From: an uncultured bacterium
GTDB lineage: Bacteria > Acidobacteriota > HRBIN11 > JAKEFK01
Direction of reading: 5' to 3'
Length of the DNA stretch: 64,000 nucleotides
Assembly: GCA_963777505.1 (NCBI GenBank)
Contig: CAVZQN010000001.1
Coordinates: 608,001 to 672,000, forward strand
Under the pieces are notes generated by a model that was not told where the DNA came from, made no database searches, and worked only from the letters and a program-made list of their open reading frames with translations. Below are positions 1 through 11,534 of this stretch, in pieces (position 1 is the first letter of the stretch; every line of letters starts with the position of its first letter). Position numbers and translations under genes: made by a program.

Positions 1-210
1 TTTTTTTGTATTGAGCGTTAGATAAATTCTGCGGTCTTCTTCTTTTGTAGCAGCGCTTGCGGATGCTTTTGGAAGATTGACACCCAACGAGGGTTCAGAA
101 ATAAATCTCGCAGTAACCATAAAAATGATGAGCAATACGAGAGTGATATCTACAAGCGGTGTTACGTTGATCCCTGTGATTGCATCTTCTTCAACATCAG
201 ATTCTTGCAT
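1..210 (-). CDS. ExbD/TolR biopolymer transport protein (runs off window edge)
   Basis: Manual translation MQESDVEEDAITGINVTPLVDITLVLLIIFMVTA carries the ExbD/TolR INxTPLxD signature; lies directly downstream of an ExbB-like gene. Confidence 0.9.
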   Translation of the reverse strand, partial: MQESDVEEDAITGINVTPLVDITLVLLIIFMVTARFISEPSLGVNLPKASASAATKEEDRRIYLTLNTKK

Positions 211-854
211 GGTCATCCACTCTTCGTTTTGATTCGCTCTTCATATATACAATCAATATTTTCGAGGCAGCTTCCATTTGTGTAACAGCTTCTTTCACTT
301 TCCGTTGAAAGTAGTTGTAGGCCATAACTGCAGGAATCGCGACCATCAAGCCCGACCGCTGTTGCAACAAGTGCTTCAGAAACACCCGCCATTACGACAG
401 AAGGATTTGAATTTTCAGCAACTGACAAATCATGAAATGCTTTAATAATTCCAAGAACGGTTCCGAATAATCCGATAAATGGCGCATTGTTCCCTAGAGT
501 GCCTAAGATCACAAGCTTATTTTCCATCTTAAACTTCTCGGCGATTTTCTTCGCGATCATCATTTCTTCGACAGCTTCGGGTCCTTTTTCTAAATTCTGT
601 AATCCGGCTTCAATAACGCGGGATGCCGGAGCGGACTGCTGCCGTACATAATCAAGAGCCGCTTCAGGATCGTCCCTGTTTAAGAATCCTGTAAGCATCT
701 CGGTAAATTCTTCCCAATGAATGCGATTTTTGTAAATGTAAATCGTTTTCTGGATCATTACTGCAATCGATAAAACGCTGCTTAATATAAGTAGATAGAG
801 AACCCACTCGCCGCCGACGAGTGCGAGATCGAGAAAAGTCTTGACAATATCCAT
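197..854 (-). CDS. MotA/TolQ/ExbB proton channel protein, split by one frameshift near 350
   Basis: APFIGLFGTVLGII and GVSEALVATAVGL in ORF 213..854; the conserved continuation MVAIPAVMAYNYF is in frame 197..385. Confidence 0.9.
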
Positions 855-929
855 ATGCTAAATATTTGATTTTATTTGGTTTGCGGCAAATCAGTCAATT
901 TTTTGCCAGATTCAATTAAAGGAGGTTTT

Positions 930-1217
930 ATGAGTCGGAAATTGTTCATCGGAATACTAATCCTTATCACCCTTGGTATTTTCGGTTTCGAAAGCATAGC
1001 ACAGTACACCGGGCACGACGTTGAAAAAATGACACCTCCTGACCACTATCCAAAACCTGGTCCTGGCGATGTTGCAATCATCCGCGAACTTCAGGAAACA
1101 AACCGTCTTTTGCATCAACAAGCGGAGCTTTTGAAAGAACAAAATCGCTTGCTGAAAGATACGCTCGCAAAACTCGAGCCAGTCGCACCGAAGACTGAAT
1201 CTTCTCCTTCTAATTAG
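930..1217 (+). CDS. Small exported hypothetical protein with coiled-coil C-terminus
   Basis: GGAGG RBS before ATG 930; signal-peptide-like MSRKLFIGILILITLGIFG; heptad LQETNRLLHQQAELLKEQNRLL. Confidence 0.65.
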   Translation: MSRKLFIGILILITLGIFGFESIAQYTGHDVEKMTPPDHYPKPGPGDVAIIRELQETNRLLHQQAELLKEQNRLLKDTLAKLEPVAPKTESSPSN

Positions 1218-1361
1218 ACGCGGCAAAGTCGTAATCGATGCATCCTATAAGATAGCGATTTCTCCTTTTCTAGACATCTGCCATCCAAAAAGCTGATTCA
1301 TCCGTCGATCAGAAATACGCCGGGAATGGCATTTCTCCTCCCTGCTTCGACGTGATTGATA

Positions 1362-1378
1362 TTGGTATACGAATTGCT
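1362..1378 (+). promoter_or_regulatory. Putative sigma54 (-24/-12) promoter
   Basis: TTGGTATACGAATTGCT, exact GG-N10-GC spacing, ~45 nt upstream of the outer-membrane protein start. Confidence 0.6.
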
Positions 1379-1423
1379 AACGCATCTGAATGGAAGATGC
1401 TCCAGAACAATGGAGGTTCGAGA

Positions 1424-2104
1424 ATGAAGAAGGTAGTTTTGCTGATTCTGCTATCCGTAGCGGTTGCTATTCCTGCTTCCGCCGGATCGTTGAATGTACT
1501 CGCGGGATATGCTCAACCTGCAGGTGACTCCGATGTTTTCGAGCAAAATGAGAGAGAAACGACTTTTGAGAAAGATGACTTTGCTGCTTTCGGCGGGACA
1601 GTTGGGTACGATCATTTTCTTGGTGACTATGTAAATCTCGGAGGCAGTATCTCTTTTCTTTATAGCGAGACGGATGCGTTTGATGTGGATTTCGAGTTTG
1701 AAGATGGGGGCCCTATTTTCCGAACGCTCCGACTTCAAGTTGTACCACTAGAAGCGAATATCCGTTTTCTGCCTACCGGCCGTGATGCAGCCGTTATTCC
1801 TTATTTTGGCGGCGGCGCCGGTTTTTATTTCTGGGAATATGAAGAATTTGGGGATTTTGTGATTAATCGAAATACCAATGATCCTGAAATCATTTCAGGT
1901 ACGTCATTTTCAGATGGAGCAGACCCGGGATGGCATGTTGAAGGAGGGGTGTACATACCCATTGCACGTTCTACTGCTATTGCAGCTGAAGCTAAATACT
2001 GGAAAGCAGAAGGAGATCTAGATCCGGAAGGTTTTGATCCGTTATTTGAACCGTTGGATTTATCAGGGTTTCAAATTTCGGGCGGTATTTCTTTCTGGTT
2101 TTAA
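1424..2104 (+). CDS. Outer-membrane beta-barrel protein (OmpW/OmpA-like barrel)
   Basis: GGAGG RBS, signal peptide MKKVVLLILL..ASA, alternating beta-strand pattern, C-terminal GISFWF. Confidence 0.8.
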   Translation: MKKVVLLILLSVAVAIPASAGSLNVLAGYAQPAGDSDVFEQNERETTFEKDDFAAFGGTVGYDHFLGDYVNLGGSISFLYSETDAFDVDFEFEDGGPIFRTLRLQVVPLEANIRFLPTGRDAAVIPYFGGGAGFYFWEYEEFGDFVINRNTNDPEIISGTSFSDGADPGWHVEGGVYIPIARSTAIAAEAKYWKAEGDLDPEGFDPLFEPLDLSGFQISGGISFWF

Positions 2105-2131
2105 CGCACTCTCACATCATATACACTGCCA

Positions 2132-2168
2132 GGCCCCGCCGCTTTCGAGCGATCGGGGCCCTTTTTTT
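2132..2168 (+). terminator. Rho-independent terminator
   Basis: GGCCCC..GCT-TTCG-AGC..GGGGCC stem followed by T7. Confidence 0.8.
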
Positions 2169-2318
2169 GACCGCAAAGTCGCAGAGCTTTATTCAGGAGA
2201 CTCAGAGAATATAGAATTCTTTCACCCCTGCACCCCGGCTCCCTTTCTCCCCTGCTTCGCGAGCGGGCACAAATCCTATCGATTCCACTTATCTCGAGTG
2301 TTGTAATATGGTCAGTAA

Positions 2319-3902
2319 ATGAATGTCCGGTGGCAAAGTCTAAAAGTTCGTTACGCAATCATAGCCAGCTTTTTTATCGCTGTGATTTTGCTTGTAAACG
2401 CTTTCATTCTTGTATGGTTTAAGTACAAGGAATTTGAGAAAGATATCGATCAGCGCGCATTTTCATTTGCCAGCCTTGCAGTAAAACCTGTCGCAGATGG
2501 TTACGATGCCTACTACTACTCTGGTTATTTCAAATTCCGTGAATTAATGAACAAACTGATTTCGTACGAACCGGATCTAATCAAAATTTTGCTGGTCGAT
2601 GTAAACGGCAGGATTTTGTTCGATAGTGACAATCTTAAACAGAGTACTTTCATCCCTGAAGCCGGAACTGAATTGCCGCGTGTGAAGGATCAATATTATT
2701 TAAACGCAATTCGAAAACTTGAGATAAGCCACCGATACATCCCCCGGCGTAAAGGCGATAAGGTTCTGGAAATTGTATCTCCATACATCGAAGAATGGGG
2801 ACGTCACAAGAATTCTGTGATCATGACTTTTTCCTATGACGCACTTAAACCACAGGTGCGTTTATTGATTTATCAAATTGCGGCACTGACGCTTCTCAGC
2901 ATGTTGTTGACCAGCTTTATTGCCTGGGTTCTTGCAGACAAAATTACTCTTCCGCTCGTTGCTTTAACGGGAAGAGCCCGGGTCATGGCAAGCGTTGCTC
3001 CAGGCGAGATTCAAGTTGAAGAATCAGACAATGAAATCAAACTATTAAATGATGCCTTTAATGCGATGTCTGCTCACATCCATGAAAATATCCGGAAACT
3101 GGAATTGAACAACGTGAAACTTGCAGCGCTTAATGATGAATTAAAAGAATTGGATCGAATGAAATCTGATTTACTCGCCAATGTTTCGCATGAACTCAGA
3201 ACTCCGTTAACTTCAATCAAGGGATATGTTGAATATATTCTGGAAGGAAAACTGGGTCCGGTTTCAAGCAAACAAGAAAAAGGGCTGGGTGTAGTTCAAC
3301 GCAATTTGGACCGGCTCTCAAAATTAATTACTGCTCTGCTCGATTATTCGCTGATGGATGCAGAACGGATGGTGTTGAATATCAAACCATTTTCTCTTCA
3401 TACGCTTGCAAGACAAATCACTGCAACTCTAGCTTCCGAATTAGAAAAACGTGCACTTCAATTTAAGTCCAATATTCCGGAAGATTTGCCCCTCGTCATG
3501 GGTGACAAAGACAAACTGTATCAAGTCCTGGAAAATCTAACGATTAATGCAATCAAATTTACCGAGAGCGGAGGAACGATTACTGTTTCTGCATTTGCGG
3601 TTACGCATAACGACCAACCCTGGATTGAACTGCATGTATCGGACACAGGAGTAGGGATTCCAAAATCTGAATTAGATCGTATCTTTGATCGTTTTTATCA
3701 GGTCGATGCTACAAGTAAACGCAAGTATGGGGGGATCGGACTCGGACTTGCTATTGCTCGCTCCATCGTCGAAGCGCACAGAGGAACAATTAACGCCCGA
3801 AGCGAAGAAAACAAGGGGACTACATTTATCATCCGGCTTCCAGCGGCTTTCGAAATCAATACGGAATTGGATCAAGAGTTTCTTGAGCACAAGACAGTTT
3901 GA
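2319..3902 (+). CDS. Membrane sensor histidine kinase (periplasmic sensor, HAMP, HisKA, HATPase)
   Basis: Two TM segments, SHELRTPL H-box, NAIKFT, DTGVGI, GIGLGL. Confidence 0.95.
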   Translation: MNVRWQSLKVRYAIIASFFIAVILLVNAFILVWFKYKEFEKDIDQRAFSFASLAVKPVADGYDAYYYSGYFKFRELMNKLISYEPDLIKILLVDVNGRILFDSDNLKQSTFIPEAGTELPRVKDQYYLNAIRKLEISHRYIPRRKGDKVLEIVSPYIEEWGRHKNSVIMTFSYDALKPQVRLLIYQIAALTLLSMLLTSFIAWVLADKITLPLVALTGRARVMASVAPGEIQVEESDNEIKLLNDAFNAMSAHIHENIRKLELNNVKLAALNDELKELDRMKSDLLANVSHELRTPLTSIKGYVEYILEGKLGPVSSKQEKGLGVVQRNLDRLSKLITALLDYSLMDAERMVLNIKPFSLHTLARQITATLASELEKRALQFKSNIPEDLPLVMGDKDKLYQVLENLTINAIKFTESGGTITVSAFAVTHNDQPWIELHVSDTGVGIPKSELDRIFDRFYQVDATSKRKYGGIGLGLAIARSIVEAHRGTINARSEENKGTTFIIRLPAAFEINTELDQEFLEHKTV

Positions 3903-3940
3903 TAACGCAAGAGTGTTTGCCGCGGCGATTTAAAGGGATA

Positions 3941-3949
3941 TGTTATAAT
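3941..3949 (+). promoter_or_regulatory. Extended -10 promoter element
   Basis: TGTTATAAT 16 nt before the response regulator ATG. Confidence 0.45.
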
Positions 3950-3965
3950 CGGCGCCCAGAAAAAC

Positions 3966-4346
3966 ATGCCCAAGCAGAAAATCCTTCTTGTCGATGATGA
4001 AGAAGATATTCTCGACTTTCTTGAGTTAATTCTCGAAGAGCAAGGGTATGTTATTCTTAAAGCTGGTTCAGGAAATGAAGCACTTGCTTCAGCTCAAATG
4101 AATCATCCGGATCTTATCTTGCTAGATGTAATGATGCCGGACATGGATGGTTGGGAGGTTTTGAAGCTGCTGAAAGCTGATGAAGACATCGCTACTATTC
4201 CCGTCGCGATGCTCACTGCGCGTACAGAAATGAAAGATAGAATACAGGGGCTTCAAGAAGGGGCAATCGATTATATTTGCAAGCCTTTTGCAACGCGCGA
4301 GTTATTGGAAAAATTAAACGTTATTTTTGCCCAGGTCAAAAAATAA
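3966..4346 (+). CDS. Single-domain response regulator (receiver)
   Basis: ILLVDDE, LLDVMMP, MLTA, KPF motifs. Confidence 0.95.
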   Translation: MPKQKILLVDDEEDILDFLELILEEQGYVILKAGSGNEALASAQMNHPDLILLDVMMPDMDGWEVLKLLKADEDIATIPVAMLTARTEMKDRIQGLQEGAIDYICKPFATRELLEKLNVIFAQVKK

Positions 4347-4417
4347 ATCTTTCGATTTAAAGCCGCCAATCTTAATGCGGCTACCCGGCCTGCCAGTGAG
4401 AGTAAGCAAGGAAGGCG

Positions 4418-5737
4418 ATGCCTGGCAATGTGAAACCCGATTACTTCCACCTTCGAGCCGAATGGCTCAAATTCAAAAGCAATCTATTCGACAAGAATAC
4501 GAATCTTCCCACACTTGCAATGATCCTTGAAGATGCCCGAAAATTAATTGAAGATCATGGGACGATCGGACTTTTCTTACTGGATCTAGGAAAGCAAAGA
4601 AACTTCGAAACAACCTATGGCTGGCAGGTATACGACTCCATCATTCAACAAATAGCCGAAATTCTTCAAGAAACGAAAGAAGAAATCCTTCACAAAACCG
4701 ATGTCATTGCGCTTTCTCATGTGCGAGGCGATGAATTCGTTCTGTTGTTAAGTCCGCCATCGAAAAAGAATTGGGATGACAAATCGCTGGAGTTAATGAA
4801 TCAACGATTAAGAAACTCAGTTCGAAAGAAAATGGAACGCTTCAAAAGACAACGCTGGCATTCCAATTTGAGCTTTCATACAGGTTATTCATTGATAAAT
4901 CCAGATCCTACGATCCGCATCGAACGAACCATTCAACGCGCAATCGTTCACGCGCGTGAAGTGAGTGGACACGAAATTGAAAATGAGATGATCAGTTATC
5001 ACATTTCGTTGCAGCGAATGATTTCGATGAATTCGATCCTTACTTATTTTCAGCCGATCGTTTATCTCGATTCGCTGGAAGTATTAGGTTATGAGGCGCT
5101 AAGCCGCGGTCCTGACGACTCCGGGTTTGAAGGAACCGAATTGTTGTTTACATTTGCAGAGAGTACAAATATGCTGCTCGAACTTGAGCGGCTTTGCAGG
5201 AAGAATGCATTGCGTTCGGCTCAGGACCAACATCTTAAAAAACACTTATTCTTAAATTCCTCTGCGCGTTCTTTTGAAGATAGTCACTTTACGCCCGGAC
5301 AGTTGGCGGAATATGTTCATGAATTGGGATTACGTCACGATAATGTCGTCCTTGAAATTACAGAACGTATTGCGATTCATGAGTGGGATAAATTCAAAAA
5401 GGTGCTTCGGGAATTTCGTAATTATGGATTTCATATCGCAATCGATGATATGGGCGCAGGTTATAGTTCGTTGCAAGCCATTGCGGAATTACAGCCGGAC
5501 TTTCTGAAGTTTGATATTTCGCTTGTCCGCAATATTCACGAAAACTTGATTAAGATTGGCTTGCTTGAGACCCTTGTAGCGTTGTCCGACAAAATCGGCG
5601 CTCAGGTGATCGCTGAAGGCATTGAGGACCGGCGGGAGTATGATGCTCTGCGTGCGCTCGGTGTCGAACTCGGACAAGGCTACTACTTCGCAATCCCCTC
5701 ACCCGATTTTCCTCACATTAACATACCAGTTGGTTGA
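4418..5737 (+). CDS. EAL c-di-GMP phosphodiesterase with degenerate GGDEF (RGDEF) domain
   Basis: VRGDEF; GYEALSR, EITE, DDMGAGYSSL and AEGIE catalytic motifs intact. Confidence 0.9.
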   Translation: MPGNVKPDYFHLRAEWLKFKSNLFDKNTNLPTLAMILEDARKLIEDHGTIGLFLLDLGKQRNFETTYGWQVYDSIIQQIAEILQETKEEILHKTDVIALSHVRGDEFVLLLSPPSKKNWDDKSLELMNQRLRNSVRKKMERFKRQRWHSNLSFHTGYSLINPDPTIRIERTIQRAIVHAREVSGHEIENEMISYHISLQRMISMNSILTYFQPIVYLDSLEVLGYEALSRGPDDSGFEGTELLFTFAESTNMLLELERLCRKNALRSAQDQHLKKHLFLNSSARSFEDSHFTPGQLAEYVHELGLRHDNVVLEITERIAIHEWDKFKKVLREFRNYGFHIAIDDMGAGYSSLQAIAELQPDFLKFDISLVRNIHENLIKIGLLETLVALSDKIGAQVIAEGIEDRREYDALRALGVELGQGYYFAIPSPDFPHINIPVG

Positions 5738-5804
5738 TTTGTTTAGCTTTGTAGATAAAACTGCGCTTCTACTCACGATTGAGATCGTACTATAATGATG
5801 TTAG

Positions 5805-8800
5805 ATGAACCGCTATGACATTGCTTCTGTTTTAGCGGAGGGAGCACAAGGGCGGGTCTACCGGGCGACGGATCGCATTACCGGACAGGCATGTGTTTTA
5901 AAAACCGGTGAGACCGTGAGAGCGGAAGCTTTGCTCTCACTTCAATTGAGCCATCCTTATGTCGCTCGTCCGTTTGATGCAGGAATTGATTCGTCATTAG
6001 GTCAATACGCTGCTTATCCCGAATACACTGAAACTCCTTTGCTGGAGTGGAGTCGAGCTTCCGAACCAGGCGAATTACAACGCGTGGCTTTACAGATCGC
6101 AGAATTTCTTGCGTTCCTTCACCGGCGTGGATGGCTTTACCACGATTTCAAGCCTGAACATTTCTTAGTCGCACGTCAAAGCATTCGCGTTCTCGATCTA
6201 GGTTTAGCGCAGCCAATTCAGGAATCCTCTCAAACTTTTTCCGGCACTTTTCCTTATATAGCACCCGAACGATTGTCTGGGCGGAAGTGTGATGCACGTT
6301 CCGATATTTTTGCGCTTGGAATGCTTTTGCTTCATGTTTTGCAGCCTGATGAAACGTGGGATTTTGAACCTTCTGTCGAAGTTTTGCAAAACCTGCAAAA
6401 ACGGACCCGCAAGCTCAATGGTTTTTGGAAAGATCTTTTAAGCGAAATGATTTCTCTGGAGCCGTCTCAACGGATTGAATCGGCTGCAGAACTCTGGAAA
6501 CGATTACTTCCATCCAGCGCACGCGGAAGCTTTTTGTTTTTTCCAATGCCTGCCTACTTCACAATTTCTGAAAACCTTCTTCAAAAACAAATTGTTACTG
6601 TTCAAACGGCTAGCAATCTGAATATTTCAGAAGCTGAAAAAATTACGCTGCAGGAAGCCTGGAAGAAAGGGATCTTTACTGCCAGCTTTGACCTGCGCCA
6701 CAAAACTCCGGAAGAAGTTTTTCGGACAATATGCTGGGCACAACTGAATCTGCAGGCATCTGATTTGTTTTCCGCAATTGAATCCTTGCAAAAGGCATCA
6801 AACCTTGAGCCCTTTACAATTGTTCTTCGGCATGCCGAAGCATTGAATCCTTCACAGCGTTCATTGCTCGCATACGGACTGTCTGCACTTCAAAGCGTTT
6901 CATCGTTGCACTTTGTATTTATCGGAAACAAACAAGCCATAGAAGTACCTGATGAATCTTCAGCCAAACTCGAAATACCACTTCTGACAAAGCAAACATT
7001 GAATGACATTCTGCCTCAAGCTTTTCCGTCTGATGGTTTAAAGCAGGACCGTTTAGAAAAAGCACGCGCTAGAGGATACTCCTTACCGGATCAGTTCCTT
7101 GCCGATTTGCGTAAACAACTTCCTCAAGATGCTTTGCTTTTGTGGCCAGCAGCAGCCAGAGATTTAGCACCAGCAGCAGCGCTTGAACGTTTAAGAGCCA
7201 CTGAGATGCGGATCCTTGGTTCGCTCGCGATTGCAACTTTGCCATTACCCAAAGATTGGTTATTTCAAGCATTACGTTTGACAGAAGCTCAAGGAATGGA
7301 ATGGATCGAGAGTCTGCAAGCCAGAGGTTATCTGCAGATGCGAGATGAATCTCGTTAGCATCGTGATCAACCCGGATAGTGTGATGAAACGTTTGCGAAA
7401 GGATCGTGTGCGGCAAATTGCTACCTCTTTGCTTTCCAATGCTCCGCTCAATGCAGATCCTGAAATTTTGTATCGTTTTGCGAAAGCGTCACACAATAAA
7501 AGCAATGCTACATTTCAAGCTCTGCGTGTTGCTAGCAAGTTCCCCGAACGATCCGATGCTGCTCAAGAATGGTACTGGAAGGCATTTTTAGCCGGCGCCG
7601 AACTCCCAAAAGCAAACCTTTTCAGATTGGTAATGGTTTCTATGCGTGCTGGACAATCTAAAAGAACGAGAGCGGATTCTGAATTCTATCCGAAAGAGAT
7701 TTGGGCAGATCTTTCAAGCTGGCTCGTATGTGGCTTGATTTTTATTTAAGAGCTTCAGGCTTCACATCCGGCGAAAAGCTTGCGGTCAAAAATGGCAATT
7801 ATTGCGAAAAGAAAGAATAACAGTTTACAGAATCATTTTTTTACAAGCCATGGCATGCCAGATCTTATGATTCTACAAAATAAGCTATCAAGGAAGCAGA
7901 TGAAATCCTGAGTAAATTACAAACAGAGCCTTCAGATTATAGCCAACAAAGAAGTCTATGGCTATTAGATTCATAACTACTAGGGCTTATGCTGCTTTTA
8001 TAAAGGAAAATTTGATGAAGCATTCAAGTCGTTCAAGCGCGCGATCTGAAGAAACATCCTTTCAGAACTCAGCAATGCGTTTATGAATTTGGGAATAGTT
8101 TTATCTGCAGGTTGGGACAGCTTGATCAGGCAGAAAAATGGCTATCGAAAGCAGTGCTGTTTTTCAACGACAAAATGATTCTGAAAGGCTTTCCTTTGCG
8201 TTCGGAAATCTTAGGCATACTGCTCAAACAAAAAGGAAAAACCGCCGAAGCAGAGATCTTGCTATTTCAGAAGTTTGCAGCTTAGTCGTATTTACAAAAA
8301 TGTGAATCGGTGCTACAGGGGCTCTTATTAACCTCAGTGCAAGCTATGAAATTGAAGGACGTTTAACGAAAGCTCTGCGCTACGCGAAACAAAGCCATAC
8401 AAATCTGGCGCAGGACGCAAAACTTTCTCAACAAATTGCTTATGGTTTAACTCATGCTGGACGAATCTATGCGATTTTGGGAAAATACAAGTTATCCGTT
8501 GTGTGCTTAAAGGAAGCAATAGACCTTCGATATCGCACTTAAACATACTGCGGAACTAGCAGTCTACTTCATGAAACATTTAGCTTTAACTTATATGTTT
8601 TCAGGACATTTAGAGAAGCAATCATTCAGTTTTCTAATGCCTCCGAGCTATTTGAAAAAGCTAGATCCACCCTTGATTGCAAAAGAGTTGGCCCTTTTTA
8701 CAGCCTTAACGACTAAATGATCATGTACTCTGTTGAAAACATGGATGTGAATGTACCCGAGGAGTCGTTTCGAATCGGGATATATCATTACTGTAGCCGC

Positions 8801-10567
8801 CAGAGCTCAGGATAGAGTCAAAAACGAGCAATGATTCCGAAATATCAAGCCACCTACATGAGGCTGAAAGAATCTTCCGAAATGTACCTTCTTTGTTCTG
8901 GCTCGGACGGGTTTTAAAGCTTAAAGCTGAATACAGTATCAAGAAGGATCATTATTGAAAAAGCAGGAATCCATTTAGAATCGGCGTACAATATTTTTTC
9001 AAGACTTGGAGCAAGAAAAGATTCTGAAGCTTGAATCAAATGAATATGACTATCAAGACTTCCTCGGAATCTTCTAAGCACAATGGCAGAAGGTCTTCCT
9101 TACAAAGTGCTAACAATGGTGAAGGAGGTTGTTATCCGAACAAAATCCTGATCGGATGATCAACCGCATACTTTCTAGCTCTCTTAGAATTTACGGACAT
9201 GGAACGTGCGGTTCTGATTCTGACAGAAGATCCGCCACGAATTTTTAAGTCTGTGACACTTAGATGACAGTACCGTGCAAGAAATATATGAAATCAGCCA
9301 ATCAGCGTTAGAAGAAGCATCAGATTCTCAAAAGCCATACGTCAGCGTTTGAATGCGGTTTCAGACCCATATCTAAAAGCAAAACCCAGTATTCTGGCTA
9401 GCCGGATTATGAGCATTGTTTGTTTACCGTTGCGTCGGGAGATGGTTTTACTGGAGTTTTGTACCTTGATAGTCGCGAAGGAATTGAGACATTAGCGAAA
9501 ACAGAAACCGTTCTTCTTGAAATCTTTGCATCAATTATTGGAATTGCGTTGAGCAATTCAATGGTTCTTGAACAATCACTCGCCGAAAATGAATCTTTAA
9601 GAGCATCGTTAGGTCTTATTCATTTCCCAGAAATTATTGGAAAGAGTGAATCCATATTAAAGGTTTTGAAAACAGTCCAACATCTTCTGGAAACGGACCT
9701 TCCCGTTTTGATCACAGGAGAAACGGGAACCGGGAAAGGAACTGATTGCACGTGTTCTTCATTTTTCAGGAAAACGAAAAAGCGGACCATTCCTTGCAGT
9801 CAATTGTTCGGCGTTAACGAAAACACTTTTGGAAAGTGAATTGTTCGGACATGAAAAAGGATCGTTTACCGGAGCAATACAGCTAAAGAAAGGATTATTT
9901 GAACAAGCAAAACAAGGAACTCTTTTTCTTGATGAAGTAGGAGAAATGCCTCCTTCCATGCAAGTGAAACTGCTTGCGTGTGCTTCAAGAAGGAGAATTC
10001 AGGCGAGTCGGTGGAACGGAAACCCTCATTACTGATGCAAGAGTCATTCTTGCTACGAATCGGAATCTCCCAGAAATGATTCGTCAAGAAAAATTCCGTG
10101 AAGATCTCTACTATAGAATTAGAGGCGCACAAATTCATATGCCTTCCTTAAGAGAACGCTCTCAGGACATTCAACTGATTGCTGCACATTTCATAAAAAC
10201 AGCCGCCGCAGCCGCCCGTAAGAAGATCTCTGGCTTCTCTCCTGAAGCGTTAGAGCTCATGAAAAAATATGCCTGGCCAGGGAATGTCAGGCAGCTAAAA
10301 AATGAAGTCGAAAGGGTTGTTGCCTTTGCCCAATCCGAATGGATAAAACCCGAAGATCTCGACGCTGAAATCCGGGAAACCGAGAAGTCCTCTGCTCCCG
10401 CGAAGGGAACGCTAAAGGAAAGAGAAAAGCGCATTATTTTAGAGGCTCTAAAGGACCATAGTTGGAATATCCTCCAAACAGCCAGAAGTCTTGGCTTGAC
10501 AAGGAATGGACTTTACGGCAAGATGAAACTACATGGCATTACTTCGAAATCTGATCTAAGGAAGTAG
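5805..10567 (+). pseudogene. Large Ser/Thr kinase-(ATPase-like/TPR)-GAF-sigma54 activator-Fis HTH fusion, broken by many frameshifts (real decay or consensus error)
   Basis: Kinase YHDFKPEH/DLG/YIAPE at the N-terminus; GAF fragment GVLYLDS; [49 protein letters not shown] and a C-terminal HTH spread over several frames. Confidence 0.8.
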
Positions 10568-10810
10568 TGTCAATACTTTAATAATTTTTAACCTTGGAAG
10601 TTTAGGTGTTGCAGTAGGATCTCCTGGCGGTTTTTCCAAACTGCCTCGTCTACTGTCGAATGCAAACCGGTCAACGGGCCGAGGGAATTGCTATGGCGGC
10701 AGTAAACAGTGTTAACGGATTGAACACAATGTCTCCTCTATTCTCCTCCCATTTTCTGACCACACATTCGACGACAAATAAGTTTTTATTCTCGATTTGT
10801 TGCTCATAGC

Positions 10811-10833
10811 GTGAACAGTTAAAACTGTTTCAC
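10811..10833. promoter_or_regulatory. Near-palindrome, candidate enhancer (UAS) for a sigma54 activator
   Basis: GTGAACAGTT-AA-AACTGTTTCAC about 65 bp upstream of a -24/-12 motif. Confidence 0.4.
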
Positions 10834-10895
10834 GTTTTTAATTTTTAGTTTGTATCTGCAATCTTTTCAGTAAGTTAGTGGTTGAATGGTTTCAT

Positions 10896-10910
10896 TGGCA
10901 TTGCTCTTGC
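10896..10910 (+). promoter_or_regulatory. Putative sigma54 promoter
   Basis: TGGCATTGCTCTTGC with exact GG-N10-GC spacing; IHF-like TTTCAGTAAGTTA just upstream. Confidence 0.65.
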
Positions 10911-11078
10911 GAGTGAAACCGATGTAAGTCGGGGAGGTCTTGGAGATGCTGTATGCGCTTAGACCGTCTATATTCCCTGGCAGTCATTAATAAAAGAATC
11001 CCTTTCAGTCAAAAAACCCCTTTTAACCCCATTTCCGCGTCTATTCGTCTGCGGAAATCTAATCCTTGGAGAGACACC

Positions 11079-11477
11079 TTGAGAAAAAAATTAGGCACAA
11101 CAGTTTTATTAATAACCCTTTCTTGCGGAATTGCAAGTGCAGATTACTTGGCACCTCAACGGACATGCAAAATCAACAACTTGGGTCCAAAAGATCGACA
11201 ACGCATTCAAAATGTTCCGAGCCTGGTTATAAACGGAGGAATGATAATGCTATCCAATTCGCAGGTTATTCTCGAACTTCCCGAGGAGAAGGACATCGAG
11301 ACTGTGGAAGAAATGTCCATGCCGTCGAACCCTGGCTTAATACGTAAAACGATCCGTTATAGAAATGGGGTCACGGCAGTACTTTTCCAAGATTTTCAGG
11401 AATCGGTATTTAGCATTCAATTGAAGTCCGATGATCCGTTTTGGATTAGCCAGAATAGAGTTCTGAAAGTTAGTTAA
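11079..11477 (+). CDS. Hypothetical exported protein
   Basis: GGAG then TTG start gives signal peptide LRKKLGTTVLLITLSCGIASA; an upstream start at 10953 is possible. Confidence 0.55.
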   Translation: MRKKLGTTVLLITLSCGIASADYLAPQRTCKINNLGPKDRQRIQNVPSLVINGGMIMLSNSQVILELPEEKDIETVEEMSMPSNPGLIRKTIRYRNGVTAVLFQDFQESVFSIQLKSDDPFWISQNRVLKVS

Positions 11478-11506
11478 AAGGACACAGTCTGCAGAAAATT
11501 AGAGTT

Positions 11507-11534
11507 TTTTGAGCTCAATGAAGAAAGCTCAAAA
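11507..11534. terminator. Hairpin, possible bidirectional terminator
   Basis: TTTTGAGCT..AGCTCAAAA inverted repeat. Confidence 0.4.

Noticed and set aside
197-854. Programmed frameshift or true pseudogene in the exbB-like gene
   Set aside because: Single extra base with no slippery site or stimulatory structure seen; similar isolated shifts elsewhere point to sequencing error
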